Shown here: piece by piece, positions 63,454 through 64,000 of the stretch
Layout: each line of letters starts with the position of its first letter
Position numbering within the stretch: the first letter of the stretch is position 1
Source: an uncultured delta proteobacterium
GTDB lineage: Bacteria; Myxococcota_A; Polyangia; Fen-1088
Reading direction: 5' to 3'
NCBI GenBank assembly: GCA_963767925.1
Contig: CAVYGB010000010.1
Coordinates: forward strand, 1,536,001 to 1,600,000
DNA: 64,000 nt
The notes under the pieces: generated by a model
What the model saw: only the letters and a program-made list of their open reading frames with translations
What the model was told of the DNA's origin: nothing
The model's database searches: none
Made by a program: the position numbers and the translations under genes

Positions 63454-64000
63454 CTAAAACCGCGGCTCGGCCACCAGCAGGGTGGCGCCCCACTCCGAAT
63501 CGAAGCGCCAGCCAGCGGCGGCGGCGGGGACCAGGGCGCTCGTCATGGTGGGCAACCCCACCGTGCCCGCAGCGGTGCCCAGAGTGCCGGTCCCCTCGAT
63601 GCACACGATGACCGTGCAGCGGCCGCTGGCCGGGTGGACGAGCTGATTGCCCTGCCGCTCCTCCAGGCGAAAGAAGCGGTTGTCGCTCAGCAAGCGCACG
63701 CTGCCCCCCTGGGGGTGGTCGGCCCAGGGCGGCTGGCGGGGCCCGAAGCCGGCCCGGTGAAAGTCGATGGTCTCGAGCGACTCGGCCACGTGCAGGGGGC
63801 GGGGCTTGCCGTCGAGGCCCACCCGCCCCCAGTCGTGCACCCGGAACGTCAGGTTCGAGGTCTGCTGGATCTCGTAGAGCAGGCAGCCCTTGCCGAGCGC
63901 GTGCACGGTGCGCGCCTCGAGGAAGAAGAAGTCGCCGGCCCGGGCCTCGTAGCGGTTGAGGGTGGCCGCCACCGTGCCGTCGCCGAGCGCCCGCTCGAAG
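63454..64000 (-). CDS. manA: Mannose-6-phosphate isomerase, class I (5' partial)
   Basis: GDFFFLEARTVHALG, EIQQTSNLTFRVHDW, RPLHV. Confidence 0.88.
   Translation of the reverse strand, partial: FERALGDGTVAATLNRYEARAGDFFFLEARTVHALGKGCLLYEIQQTSNLTFRVHDWGRVGLDGKPRPLHVAESLETIDFHRAGFGPRQPPWADHPQGGSVRLLSDNRFFRLEERQGNQLVHPASGRCTVIVCIEGTGTLGTAAGTVGLPTMTSALVPAAAAGWRFDSEWGATLLVAEPRF

Overview
Very GC-rich chromosomal window, most likely from a Myxococcota bacterium. This is inferred from MYXO-CTERM-like C-termini, Pro/Gly-rich lipoproteins, duplicated lspA and lgt, and minor-pilin genes. It is mostly a housekeeping backbone: groESL with CIRCE operators, panB/panC/deoxynucleoside kinase, a type IIA topoisomerase pair in A-then-B order, ileS-lspA-lspA-lgt-lgt, truA, plsC, pssA, recN-nadK, rpsU-prmA-rsmE, ffh and manA. 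Interspersed are envelope and secreted genes: type IV minor pilins, an AlgI/AlgJ-like O-acetylation pair facing two deacetylase-fold proteins, a lyase-like lipoprotein, M15 and M23 peptidases, and a sigma54-preceded surface protein plus beta-barrel pair. Scattered single-base indels break essential genes (topoisomerase A and B, ileS, lspA, ffh) and are probably sequencing or assembly errors. Most notable observations: (1) a family of ~165-bp whole-length palindromic elements bounded by CTAG and sitting on TAG stop codons, two of them stacked in what appears to have been a CTAG shared as stop by convergent genes; (2) an ECF sigma factor fused through a hydrophobic helix to a LamG-like domain; (3) an IleRS with both class I signatures altered (HYGT and AYSKS); (4) an uncharacterised gene pair divergent from groESL; (5) an apparently catalytically dead deacetylase. 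No rRNA, tRNA, CRISPR array, transposase or prophage was recognised. All family assignments come from motif recognition by eye, not from database searches.
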